This document shows positions 13,622 to 23,204 of a stretch of 64,000 bases of DNA, in pieces; the first letter of the stretch is position 1, and every line of letters starts with the position of its first letter. Source of the stretch: Vicugna vicugna (Eukaryota); the NCBI GenBank assembly GCA_013265495.1, contig MU058444.1, positions 372,001 to 436,000 on the forward strand. Direction: 5' to 3'. Below the pieces are notes generated by a model. That model was not told the DNA's origin and did no database searches. It saw only the letters and a list, made by a program, of their open reading frames with translations. A program made the position numbers and the translations under genes.

Positions 13622-13769
13622 TTTATTACTGTTAGGTAGCAGACATAAATCCTCCAAAGTGCTTTATGAATCCTCCACTTCTACCTTCAGCTCACTGTCC
13701 ATGTTCTGGGCTCTGTTATTTTACACCTGACCCGTCTTCTAGCTCCATCAATTCTAAAAGTAGTTAAAT

Positions 13770-13927
13770 CAGTGTGTCTCAAACTTTATTGCCCATAGGA
13801 ATCACCTGTAGTTCTTGTTAAAGCGCTGAATTTGACTCTCTAGTTCTGGGTTGGCACCCAAGATTTTGAAATTTTAACCAACGCCCACGTGAGGTCAATG
13901 ATGCTGTCCAGAGACCATGTTAAGTAG
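13770..13927. mobile_element. MER5A-like hAT-Charlie DNA transposon, interrupted near its end by an LTR
   Basis: cagtgtgtctcaaacttt...gaatcacctg...cttgttaaa...ttttaac...gaccatgttaagtag; the last bases appear to resume after 14638. Confidence 0.75.
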
Positions 13928-14634
13928 TGTCGCCAAAAGGCGGGTCCTGCCGCTGGAAAGCCATTACAAAGAGAGGCACGTGTTGGCAGAAAGGAACGTC
14001 TCCTTCATTCTGGAGGCCGGCATTGGGGGATGGGGAGAGGGCTCCTACTCCAAAGGCCACTCCCCTATCACCTGACAATTAGTGGGCAAGAGCTTTTAGA
14101 GGGGAGTTTCAGGGGTGCACAGGCGGAGGGTGGGGGCTGCACGCAGAGATGCACAGTCAGCTCTGTGGGTCATCCTGAAATCGGTCATGCGGTGGTCTGA
14201 TCAGTGTCATCTTGATCGTTTCAAGTACAGTTACTCTTAGCTGCAGGGTTGGTTTGTTCCCATTTTTTGAAGGCCAGTTCCTGGAATAGTGGCTGCTTCC
14301 GTGATGGCTGCAGTCTGGCCATCATGTAGTTCATTTCTTCCACCTGCTGGGCGTTTCAGTATCTGCAAAACAGCTCAAAGGACGTGGCCCAGAATATTAT
14401 CGATAGCCCTTGAGGAGGAACTAAAAGTCCTTGAGTTTGCTTAAATGACTAAACTGTTGTTATTATTTTTAACTCTACTATTTCCCTTTGTTTCTGTATT
14501 TTCTTCTTTCTCTGATTAAACTTATTCTTTGACCAAAGTTTTTCTACAGACAAGAGGCAGGTGGAGAACATGGTGGAGTGGGGGTGGGGTGGGGTCTGTT
14601 CTGGGAAGGCTCCATAGGGTCCTGCTCTGTTTCA
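13928..14634 (-). mobile_element. ERV1 solo LTR (707 bp), MER41-like artiodactyl family
   Basis: TG...CA termini, perfect 4-bp TSD gtag (13924-13927, 14635-14638); minus-strand start tgaaacagagcaggaccctatgg shared with the LTRs at 36056 and 39643. LTR status is solid; the family name is from recall. Confidence 0.85.
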
Positions 14635-15264
14635 GTAGCGAAGACTAGGATGACCCATCTCAGATCCAACATCTGAAGAAAATCACCTCCAAGTCCCTAG
14701 CCAGAGTGGCCCTCTCCTTCTTTGGCTCTCAAAGCACATCATTTGGGCTCCTAATTTAACACTCAAATCACATTCAGCGTGCCTGGTGTATTGGTGTGCA
14801 CGATTCTGTGCACTCCCCTGAAGCTCCTAGCAGGAGGCTGTCGGCACCAGCACGGTGGTGTGGGTGGGACGCTCCATCTGTGATTGTCAAATTATTGAAG
14901 TAGATGGGAAAGAAGGAAATGATACCCTAAAACAACACTGCATTTCGCAGGAATATGCCATTAGAAACCGCCAACCTAGATCAATTTTATTGTCGGAAAG
15001 AGGAGAAGAGGGTAATGATGTGAATAATCCCAAATGACACAAAGAAGATTGTGACGCTGTCTGTCAAAAAATACATCATATGTTACAGAAGGCAGGGGGA
15101 GGGTATACTGGATGGGATGACAAAGCCAACTGGAAAACGGTCAAGTTGGACAACCCTGTGTGCAGGCTGGGTGTGAAATCAGTGGTCTTTGGGGTAGCAT
15201 GGATGTGCTTCTGTGGAGAGCAATTAGGGAAACAGTTTGTGGGAGATGAGGAAGGTGCAGGGCA

Positions 15265-15780
15265 GGTCACGGAGAGGACACGGCTGCCCGTTGACCCCGG
15301 AGCGGGACGCGGGAAATTGGAGGCCCCGCCCCTTCCCCTCCTTGAAATGTGCACTCGGCCTGCGCGTCCCCACCTGCGGCCGCTGCGGGGGCGCAGCGTT
15401 GGGAGAGCGCTGAGTGGAGGAGCCCATGGGGTCCACGCACCTGATGGAACCCTGCCAGGCCTCTCTGTAAACTTTTTAGATTCTGGAGGGCGATGTGGAG
15501 ATCTCCGTGTCTTCTGGTCGCCCAAGACAGGGCCCGTTTGTAAGTTCCCTGGCTTGTTAACCTGCCGTCTCCCAACCTGGAGCGTCTGCCTCTCTCTCTC
15601 CCGTCTCTCCTTGGCCTCCGTGTCCGGGCCAGTTTGTGAACCAAGTCTGTCCCTCTGGGTGTTTCCTGGTGGCCGGATCCCAGGGCAAGTGACCGGCCAG
15701 ACTGTGGGGTGGTTCAGTCCGCCCCGAGGCTGCCTATTGCATAATTCTACCTCGCCTTCTCTGGAACAGCTGGCGTTTCA
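15265..15780. promoter_or_regulatory. CpG-island-like element with GC box
   Basis: Dense CpG, Sp/KLF box GGCCCCGCCCC 15322-15332, CACCTG 15371-15376, GCGGCCGC 15376-15383; ~7 kb upstream of the MLIP ATG. Confidence 0.6.
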
Positions 15781-17889
15781 TTTCAGGACTTTCAATCTTA
15801 TTATTAATTAAAAGAAAATCCAATCAAAATAAATAGAAGAGGAATGGCATTTTCAGTAACCTTTTACTCGCCTACCACTGATGTCCTCAGGGAAGCTTGA
15901 AGAATTTTCATCCGTACACTAAAAAGGACATAACTGGCTATTTTGCCAAACTTTTCATCCCTTGACTCCAAATCTCCACCACGCTAAGACATTCTCATAA
16001 AGAACCCATCTGGGGAAACTCAGCGACTACTGTTTCCACGAAGAGGTCCCAGTGGGGATGAGGTTTACGCCTAAGTCTTCGTGAATTCAGTTTCTGGATC
16101 TTGTGCCTGGTAGCCGGCATTAGTTACAGAGTAAACAGTATTTCCCAAAGACTGACAGGGTCAGCTGCTCTGGGAATGTGGCCGGTGACCTCTGTTGATT
16201 TACCGTCCTGCAGGCTGCTTCCAAGTCAGCTGAAAGGTAAGCATTCTTTCTGTACACTGCTTTGGAACGTGTTTCCATTTCAGCCGATAAAGTTGAAGTG
16301 TATCCCGGGCTGTGCGCTGTCTTAAAGGGCGCAGGGCTGTTACTTTGGGGGCAAAGCGATCTGTCATGTCGACGCAACCACAACGGCTAAGCTGCTGGTT
16401 GTAGCGGAGGAGGGAGCTCCAGTGTAAAAATCTCGTTGCTTTGATTAAGCTGCAAAGACACAGGAAAACTTCAATCTAGGATTCCTTTCTGACGCTGGAA
16501 ACACACATTGGGATTCTGATACTCAGAAAAATAGAGTCTTCAATTTTGGAATCCTTTCCCCTGAAGTTTTGTTAGTTTAACTTGGCTGTTGTCTTCACTC
16601 TTGAGATAACAATGGTGTGTGTGTGTGCGTGTGTGTGTAAGAGAGAGAGAGACTATTAGGAAGTGAATCTCCTATTCAAAGGGCCTGTTACCAAATGCAA
16701 GGGCAAAACCTTGTTCCTCTTCAGCACCCGTGTGGATGTCACCATGCACAAGAGAAGATATGTCACAAGTCCCTTGAAAGCTATAGGTGTTGAGTATAGA
16801 ATAGTTGAGAAACTGGAACGTGCTGGACTTGGATCCCGGACTGATTTTAATCAGCTGGTAAGTTATAGACTCAGAAACTAAGGATTTAACCTCATATCAG
16901 GATCACTGCTTTCATTAGTGTTAATAGCACTTGTGTTTTTCTGTAAACCTCACATTTTACTTTTCAATATGTTTTGATAAAAGAATTGCATTTTTTTGGA
17001 ATGTACACATTAAAAAAGACAACACTTTTCAAAATTCTCCCAGCTCTCACTTAATTGAAATACTTTCTAATGCTCAAAATACATGCTGTACCACCAAAGG
17101 TGACTTTATAAAGAACATATTCCCTTCCTTACGTGTCTCATCTATAGTCCTTTAAAAAATATGGCCTAGAACCAAAGTAAGGGAGCCAATAGTATCAGAA
17201 GAAGTAAAAAATACCATCTTGCAGTAGCGAAGTTTTATGTTCCCTTGGAGAGTGATGGTTACAAGGGTACAAATTTGTTATGCTGTGTCATTATCTTAAT
17301 TATCATAGACTGATATTTTGGGGTTGGCTTTTGTGTCCACTTGGCAACTTCTACTCACAAAAAAATGTTTATTACATAGCGACAAATTCAACTTTAAGAA
17401 ACTCCTCTGTAGACAGTGTCTTTTCACAAGCTGTGGGCAGGTACCGCTGCTCTGATTACCCTGCAGCTCTCGCCTGCAGAAGCCGAAAGGGAGCTTAAAA
17501 ATGGTGATGGTGGGAGGTTAAAGTCTTCGGGTCTTTGCCCACCTGAAGGAGGGACAGACAGATGGGAGGAGTCAGAGGGATTTTTTAGCATAAGCGTTGA
17601 CAACCGCTGCCGGGGAGGTTGATGCACTGACCCAGGCAGGGGTGCTGGGAAAACCAGAGGATTCCGAGAACCACGCTCTGCATTTTACTCCTCATGTCAG
17701 CACCGCTCCCCTCCCCCGCCCCTTACTCTCCACCGCAAGTCACTATTTGACTTTCAGATAGAGCCTCCTAGAGACACAGGTGTAAATCTTGAACGGAAAG
17801 CAACGCCCACAGGTCAAAAGTTGGCCGTTTGAGTGAGATCAGTTCTCAGGGCTGGGTCTAGCCAGGTTTGCATCCGGCTCTTGAGTACC

Positions 17890-18760
17890 GCAGGAAACAC
17901 ACTGTCCCACACTACAATCCCACCAGCAACGTACGAGGGTCCCAGTTAGCCACATCCTTGCTTGTTGCTGTCTGGTGGGTGTTTATTTTTGTGACCTAGC
18001 CATGTTTTTTCCTTCCAGTTTCATTGAGGTGTAATCGACATGCAGCGCTGTGTAAGTTTCAAGTGTACAGCATACTGGTCCGATTTACATCTGTTGTGAA
18101 ATGATGACCACAGTAAGTTTAGTTAACGTCCATCATCTCATATAGACACAATAAAAAGAAATAGCAAAAAAAAAAAAATCGTGATGGGAATTCTTAGGAA
18201 ATGCTCTTAACAAATTTCATATATACCCTATAGCAGTGGTAGCTATTGAAATCATGTTTACATTACTTATTTATCTTAGAACTGGAAGTTTGTATCTTTT
18301 AACCGCCTTCCTCCAATTTCCCCACCCCATCCTCTGCCTCTAGTAACCAGAAATCTGATCTTTGAGTTGTCTCTTTTTTAAATTCCACATTTGAGTGAGA
18401 TTGTACAGTATTTGCGTTTCTCTGTCTGACTTATGTCACTTAGCATAATGCCCTCGAGGTCCATTCATGGTGTTGTGTTGTTGTCTGTTTTGATTTTAGC
18501 CATCCTAGTGGGTGTGAAGTGCTTGTGGTTTTGATTTGTGTTCCCTAATCACAATTTTGTTGAGCACCTTTCCATGTGCTCGTTGGCCATTCAGTTGTCT
18601 TCTTCAGACAGATGTCTATTCAGATCCTTTGCCCATTTTTAAATTGGGCTATTTGTTGTTTCTTATTGCTGAGTTCTAAGCATATTTGTGTATTCTGGGT
18701 ACAAGTCCCTGAGCAGAGGAATGATTTGCTAGTATTTTTCTCCCATTCTCTCTGTTAATT
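17890..18760 (-). mobile_element. Old L1 fragment with a second L1 3' end (~18005-18475) nested in it
   Basis: cccaccagcaacgtacgagggtccc...; inner 3'UTR (cattgaggtgtaatcgaca...gacttatgtcacttagcataatgccctcgaggtccattcatg); outer element resumes ttttagccatcctagtgggtgtgaagt... Confidence 0.8.
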
Positions 18761-18864
18761 TTTGTGTCAGATTTGATAGGAGACTTTGATACTGTCTTTG
18801 AAATTAACTTTTGTTTCTAGATATCATGAAGCCCAGGGAAGTAATGGCTCTCACTTCCATGGAG

Positions 18865-19055
18865 AAGCTGCTTAATGCCAGACACTGTGTTGTGTTCTTT
18901 ACACCTGTTACCACATTTAAATTTTTGTAATAACTTTAAGAGGTTGATATCATTCCTTTATTTAAGGGAGAGGAAACTGAAGCTCTGAGAATTAATTTGC
19001 TTAAAGTGACCCACCTAGAAAGCGACAGAATCTGCAAATAAATCCAATTCTTCCT
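18865..19055 (-). mobile_element. MIR SINE
   Basis: tgccagacactgtg...gaggaaactgaagctctgaga...ttgcttaaagtgaccca. Confidence 0.75.
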
Positions 19056-19964
19056 TCTTCCTAAGTCAGTTTATTTCTCCTTTAATAGTTAGTTGTTTCA
19101 GATAAGTGAACAATCAATACTTCATTCATCTGTAGTGTGATTTGGGTTGGATAAACATGCGTTTTATCTCTGTTTTCTGCCAAAGATCTTGTAAATAATA
19201 ATGTATTAAATGCTGTTAAGTCACATCCATTTGATACACTTCCCTCCTGTCTCCCCCTCCTTCCCTTCCTCCCTCTTGCCTTCTTTGCTTTTTCCTTTCC
19301 TTCCTCTCTCTCCTGCCCTCTTTCCTTTCTAAGTCCTTTCCTTTATCTGGTCCTCACTATGTCCTAAGTACCTGGATAAAGTGATGAAAACAAAACACTG
19401 TCTGGTGCTTTTATTGTAGTAGGAGAGATGAACTGCAAATAAGCAGACACGGATCCACTTAAAATATCATGTGAAGTAATATACCACCAGAGCTGGGAAG
19501 AGCTACAGGGAAGAGACCAGCAAAGGAGTGGACAGAGGGTTTGCTATTTCAGATGGTCCCTGGGGAAGCTCTGGATCACGGGAGAAGGGAGCCATGTGAT
19601 TCTGGTGAGAGAGAGGGCTGTGTTTGTTGTGACGGACCAACAAAGGAGATCGCTGTAGCTCATCTCTTCTGTTTGGCCAGCAAGTGGACGAGGGCTGGCC
19701 TTTGCGTGCATGTAATTTTACCTAAGGAAAGCTCCTGTCCCCAGAACATACATAAATGGTAACTGAGCATCTCTGTAAATGGATGGAGCAGACAGTCCCC
19801 ACCGCCCAGGGCTGGGGCTACTTCCCCACTCGCCCTGCCTTGCCTGTGATGAGACTGTTTGTTCAGGGGCGCCGAAGTGCCCAGTGGGTAGGCGCTTGGG
19901 CCAGGGGACCTGAGAGCTGGCTAGTGGCTGTGCAGCTGTGTTTTATTTCTTTAGCTCTCAAATG

Positions 19965-20448
19965 GGTACATTAGTTTGCTAGGGTGGCTAGTCTGTTAAG
20001 TCTCAGATTGGGGTGACTTCCACAACAAAAATACATTTCCTCTCATTTCTGGAGGCTAGAAGTCCAAGAGCAAGGTGTCCGCAGGGTTGGTTCTTCTGAG
20101 ATTGGTTCTGTAAAAGGAAACTCAGTTATTGCCAGTATAATGCTAGTATATTGCTAGTACATTGTTAATATATTGCTAGTATATTGCTCTGTTATTGCTA
20201 GTATAGTTTCCTTTGCTTGGAGATGGCTGTCTTCTCTCTGTCTTCACGTGGTCTCTGTGTGTATCTTTGTCCTAATCTCTTCTTCTTAGAGAGACACTCG
20301 TCATGTTGGATTAGGACCCACCCTCACGACCTCATCTTAACTTCATGACCTCTTGAAAGACCCTCTCTCTAAATACAGTCTTATTCTGAGACACTGAGAG
20401 TGAGGATGTCATTCGAATTTTGGAAAAAACACAGTTCTGCTCATAACA
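19965..20448 (-). mobile_element. MaLR LTR (MLT1A/B-like)
   Basis: ttagtttgctagggtggc...tctggaggctagaagtccaagagcaaggtgtccgcagggttgg...ggattaggacccaccct...cataaca. Confidence 0.85.
20128..20205 (+). repeat. Degenerate 11-bp minisatellite (tattgctagta)n inside the MLT1 LTR
   Basis: About 6-7 imperfect units read directly. Confidence 0.8.
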
Positions 20449-21958
20449 AAGGAGACAATAATTGTATCTACCTAGACGTGTAATAAACACTAAGGCGAAG
20501 CGGGTAGAACAGTATCTACCTTCTGAAAGTGGTTTTGAGAATTGATGATAACATGTGGAAAGTCAAGTCTTGAAGCAGTTCCCGGCCGGTGGTGAGAGCT
20601 AGGAAGCGCTCTAGGGAGGCATGCTGCTACCCTGTCCTGCCTACGCTGCGGGTTTGTTGAGGAAACAAAAGTAGAAGTTGTATCTTTTCATTTTGTCATT
20701 GTTTTTATTTATTATTTTAAAAAAATCTGCCTCTCCTAATCTTCACCCATTACAGATATTCAGTGCATGTGTGTTGAGCTAGACTTTCCATCCCTCCTCC
20801 GGTCACTGGTTCATTACCTCTGTTAGCCTCTCCCCAGTCAGCCCTGTATCCCACTCACCCCTCTGCTCCCAACTGGAGCCTGAATTTCACCGTCAGGCGT
20901 TAAACTAGCAATAACTGAGTTTCCTTTTGCAGCCATAGCACGTCTTTTTTTTTTTTTCCCTAGAGAGATTTTGGAAGTTCCCTTCACATAAAATTTAAGC
21001 TATCGCCTTGCTTTTGAGACATGCCAGTCTCGCATGCTAATAAGCCTGTCCGACTTCATTTGCCAACATGTTGGGACAACCACTAGCGCGTGTGATTCCC
21101 TTTCTGGAACTCAGAGTTGAGCCAAAGAGGGAAGCCCCTTTCGCCCACGAGTCCGAGAGAGAGTGTCTGAATTCGCACCCTGAAGCGGGGCTCGGTGGCT
21201 TTGTTTCCTTCTAAAGTGCTTCCCTTCTGGACTCCCCAGCCCTGCCGTCTTGATGCAGAATGAGCTCTAGAGCGCCCCTGCCGGGCAGCAGAGAACCAGC
21301 AGGAGTCACGCTCAAGGATCCAGCTTCGCCACACGTTTCCTGAAGTGTTTTCTTAAAAAGTGAAGGGAAAACTGATAGGAATTTTGAGTTGAGATCAGAA
21401 ACAGGTCTGAAAAGGACGTTTGCTTGAAACAGGCTAAGGGGTGAGACTCCTGTAGAGATCCGTCTTCCCTTACAATGAAAGCCAATTTTATTTTTTATTG
21501 CCAGCCACGTAGTCATTTTGCTGTAAAAAAACAGTGGAGTAAATTACCAAGGAGCTACACAGTGAATTTTCTTCAAGGCATATAACAACTTCTAAAGAAT
21601 TCTGAAAACATTTGTTCCATTGGAAAAAGTGAATTTCATCTTCTATGTCATAACTTTGTTCCCAGTAGGAAAACCAGGATAGTGAAGAATAAAATCAGTT
21701 TCTGGCAAGGAAAACACCATTTTTATTTGATGGTGTTTCAAAACATCATTTGCCCACTTTTCACAGAAGGAAACTGGCAACATCCTTTGAATATATGTAT
21801 TATGCATCTGAATAGTTTTAATTAGTTATTCTTTGCTCTTTCCTTTAAGGGACTTTTTAAAGTCTTGAGCTATGAAATAACGCATAAATATCTAGAATTT
21901 GGAAGAACTAGACTGGCTCATTTATATTTGTTATATGACCATTACATTTGTACTTTTA

Positions 21959-22104
21959 TTTATTTTTGAAATTTTTTTAGTTTTTAAAATTTTGGGGGAG
22001 GGGGTAGGTAGTTAGGTTAATTTATTTATTTTTAGAGGAGGTGCTGGGGATTGAACCCAGGACCTCGAGCATGTGCTCTGCCGCTTGAGCTATAACCACC
22101 CCCC
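21959..22104 (-). mobile_element. Vic-1-type SINE just upstream of the MLIP promoter motifs
   Basis: ggggattgaacccaggacc...ttgagctata; perfect 15-bp TSD acatttgtactttta at 21944-21958 and 22105-22119. Confidence 0.92.
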
Positions 22105-22279
22105 ACATTTGTACTTTTAAAATTGGTTTATTAGATCCATATTCTGGAGTATATTTTATTCTGCTCCAATGGCTATGAATGAATTCTTTGATAGTGGCTG
22201 TTTGTCATATACGTCTTTGTTGGTTCAGGGAACCTAACCTATTGGGATAGTCTCCTGTTGAAGAGTTTGCTTTTATATC

Positions 22280-22532
22280 TAGTGACATTTATCATTATCT
22301 CAGGCCAGCTGCCTGACTTCTCTTCAGTGCTGTGTTTATGGATGGGGTTTGAACATCTATAAATGGAAACACTAGCTAACCAGAAATTATCGCCAGGGCT
22401 TTCTGATAGCGTCCCAGGCTCTCACAACTTGGAATGTCCTGCGATATCGAACATGTAAGCACGTCAGATCATTTTCTAGACAGAATCTGAATCCCTCCGT
22501 TTCTGTTCCTCTCTCTCTCCTTCTCTTTCAAC
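22280..22532 (+). promoter_or_regulatory. MLIP: MLIP proximal promoter / 5' UTR with muscle-type motif cluster
   Basis: Tandem GATA TTATCA+TTATCT 22289-22300, E-box CAGCTG 22306-22311, forkhead TGTTTAT 22333-22339, CTATAAATGG 22357-22366 (one mismatch from both MEF2 and CArG, also TATA-like), TGATAG 22404-22409, MCAT/TEAD GGAATG 22431-22436, then a CT-rich tract before the ATG. TSS cannot be fixed from sequence. Confidence 0.65.
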
Positions 22533-22595
22533 ATGGAATTTGAAAAGCATGAAAAAGGAAGCTTATTAAACGAGAATTTAGAGGAGAAATTGACG
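22533..22595 (+). CDS. MLIP: First coding exon of muscular LMNA-interacting protein (MLIP/CIP); 21 codons, MEFEKHEKGSLLNENLEEKLT; gene continues beyond the window
   Basis: caacATGG Kozak (A at -3, G at +4), 21 open codons, then ACG|gtaaga donor at 22596 (phase 0). Peptide closely matches my recall of the human MLIP N-terminus (MELEKREKRSLLNKNLEEKLT|VSAGGSEAKP...). Exon 2 not found in the remaining 41 kb, consistent with a long intron 1. Confidence 0.9.
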
Positions 22596-23153
22596 GTAAG
22601 ACTTGTGAGATCTAGCAAACACAGATTTATGATGTAACTGACGGAGTGAAAAAATCAGCTGTCATACTTTGGAAAAGTTGTATTAACCAGCCTATCGTTC
22701 TGTATTTTTCTGGTCAGCAGCCTTGAAATTAATGAGTTCCGTGGGCTTTACTGAAAACAATGTAATAAAGTTATTAATAAAATGTCACTGCTAGAATGTG
22801 GGCAAATTTGATTTGGTTAAGTGATGGGGTTTGTCTCCATTTTTAAAACCAGAATCCACTTATTTTGAGCCCTGGTTGCAATTGCCTCAATACTGGAAGA
22901 TTATTTTCTTTACTGATAGGAAGTTCAGCTAGTGTTCAAAGTCCAGGTTTTCTCCTGGATGCCAGGAATATGTGTCAAGGAAAGTATAACTCTTGTGGAA
23001 TGTTTAAATGTTTTATGGATAAGTTAATGAACTTCTGATGTAAGGATAAAGTGTATTCTCCAAAAAGATTTTATTTTTTACTTTTTTGCTATAAAAGTTG
23101 TAAAAGTAGCTTTACCTTGATGCTAAGAAATTAAATGCCAAAGAAAAACATTT

Positions 23154-23204
23154 TTTGCTCAAATATAAAATATACTATGTTTGCTCAAATATAAAATATA
23201 CTAT
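23154..23204 (+). repeat. 26-bp tandem duplication
   Basis: tttgctcaaatataaaatatactat(g) twice, units at 23154 and 23180. Confidence 0.95.

Noticed and set aside
15080..15811. 243-aa ORF, plus the 223-aa ORF at 496-1167 and neighbours
   Set aside because: Long ORFs on both strands are expected in GC-rich, stop-poor DNA; no recognisable domain or exon structure.
20930..21446. Acceptor-like sites (ttttgcag ~20932, ttccctag ~20963) and donor-like ggg|gtgaga (~21441)
   Set aside because: No coherent reading frame and no transcript evidence; such motifs are common by chance.
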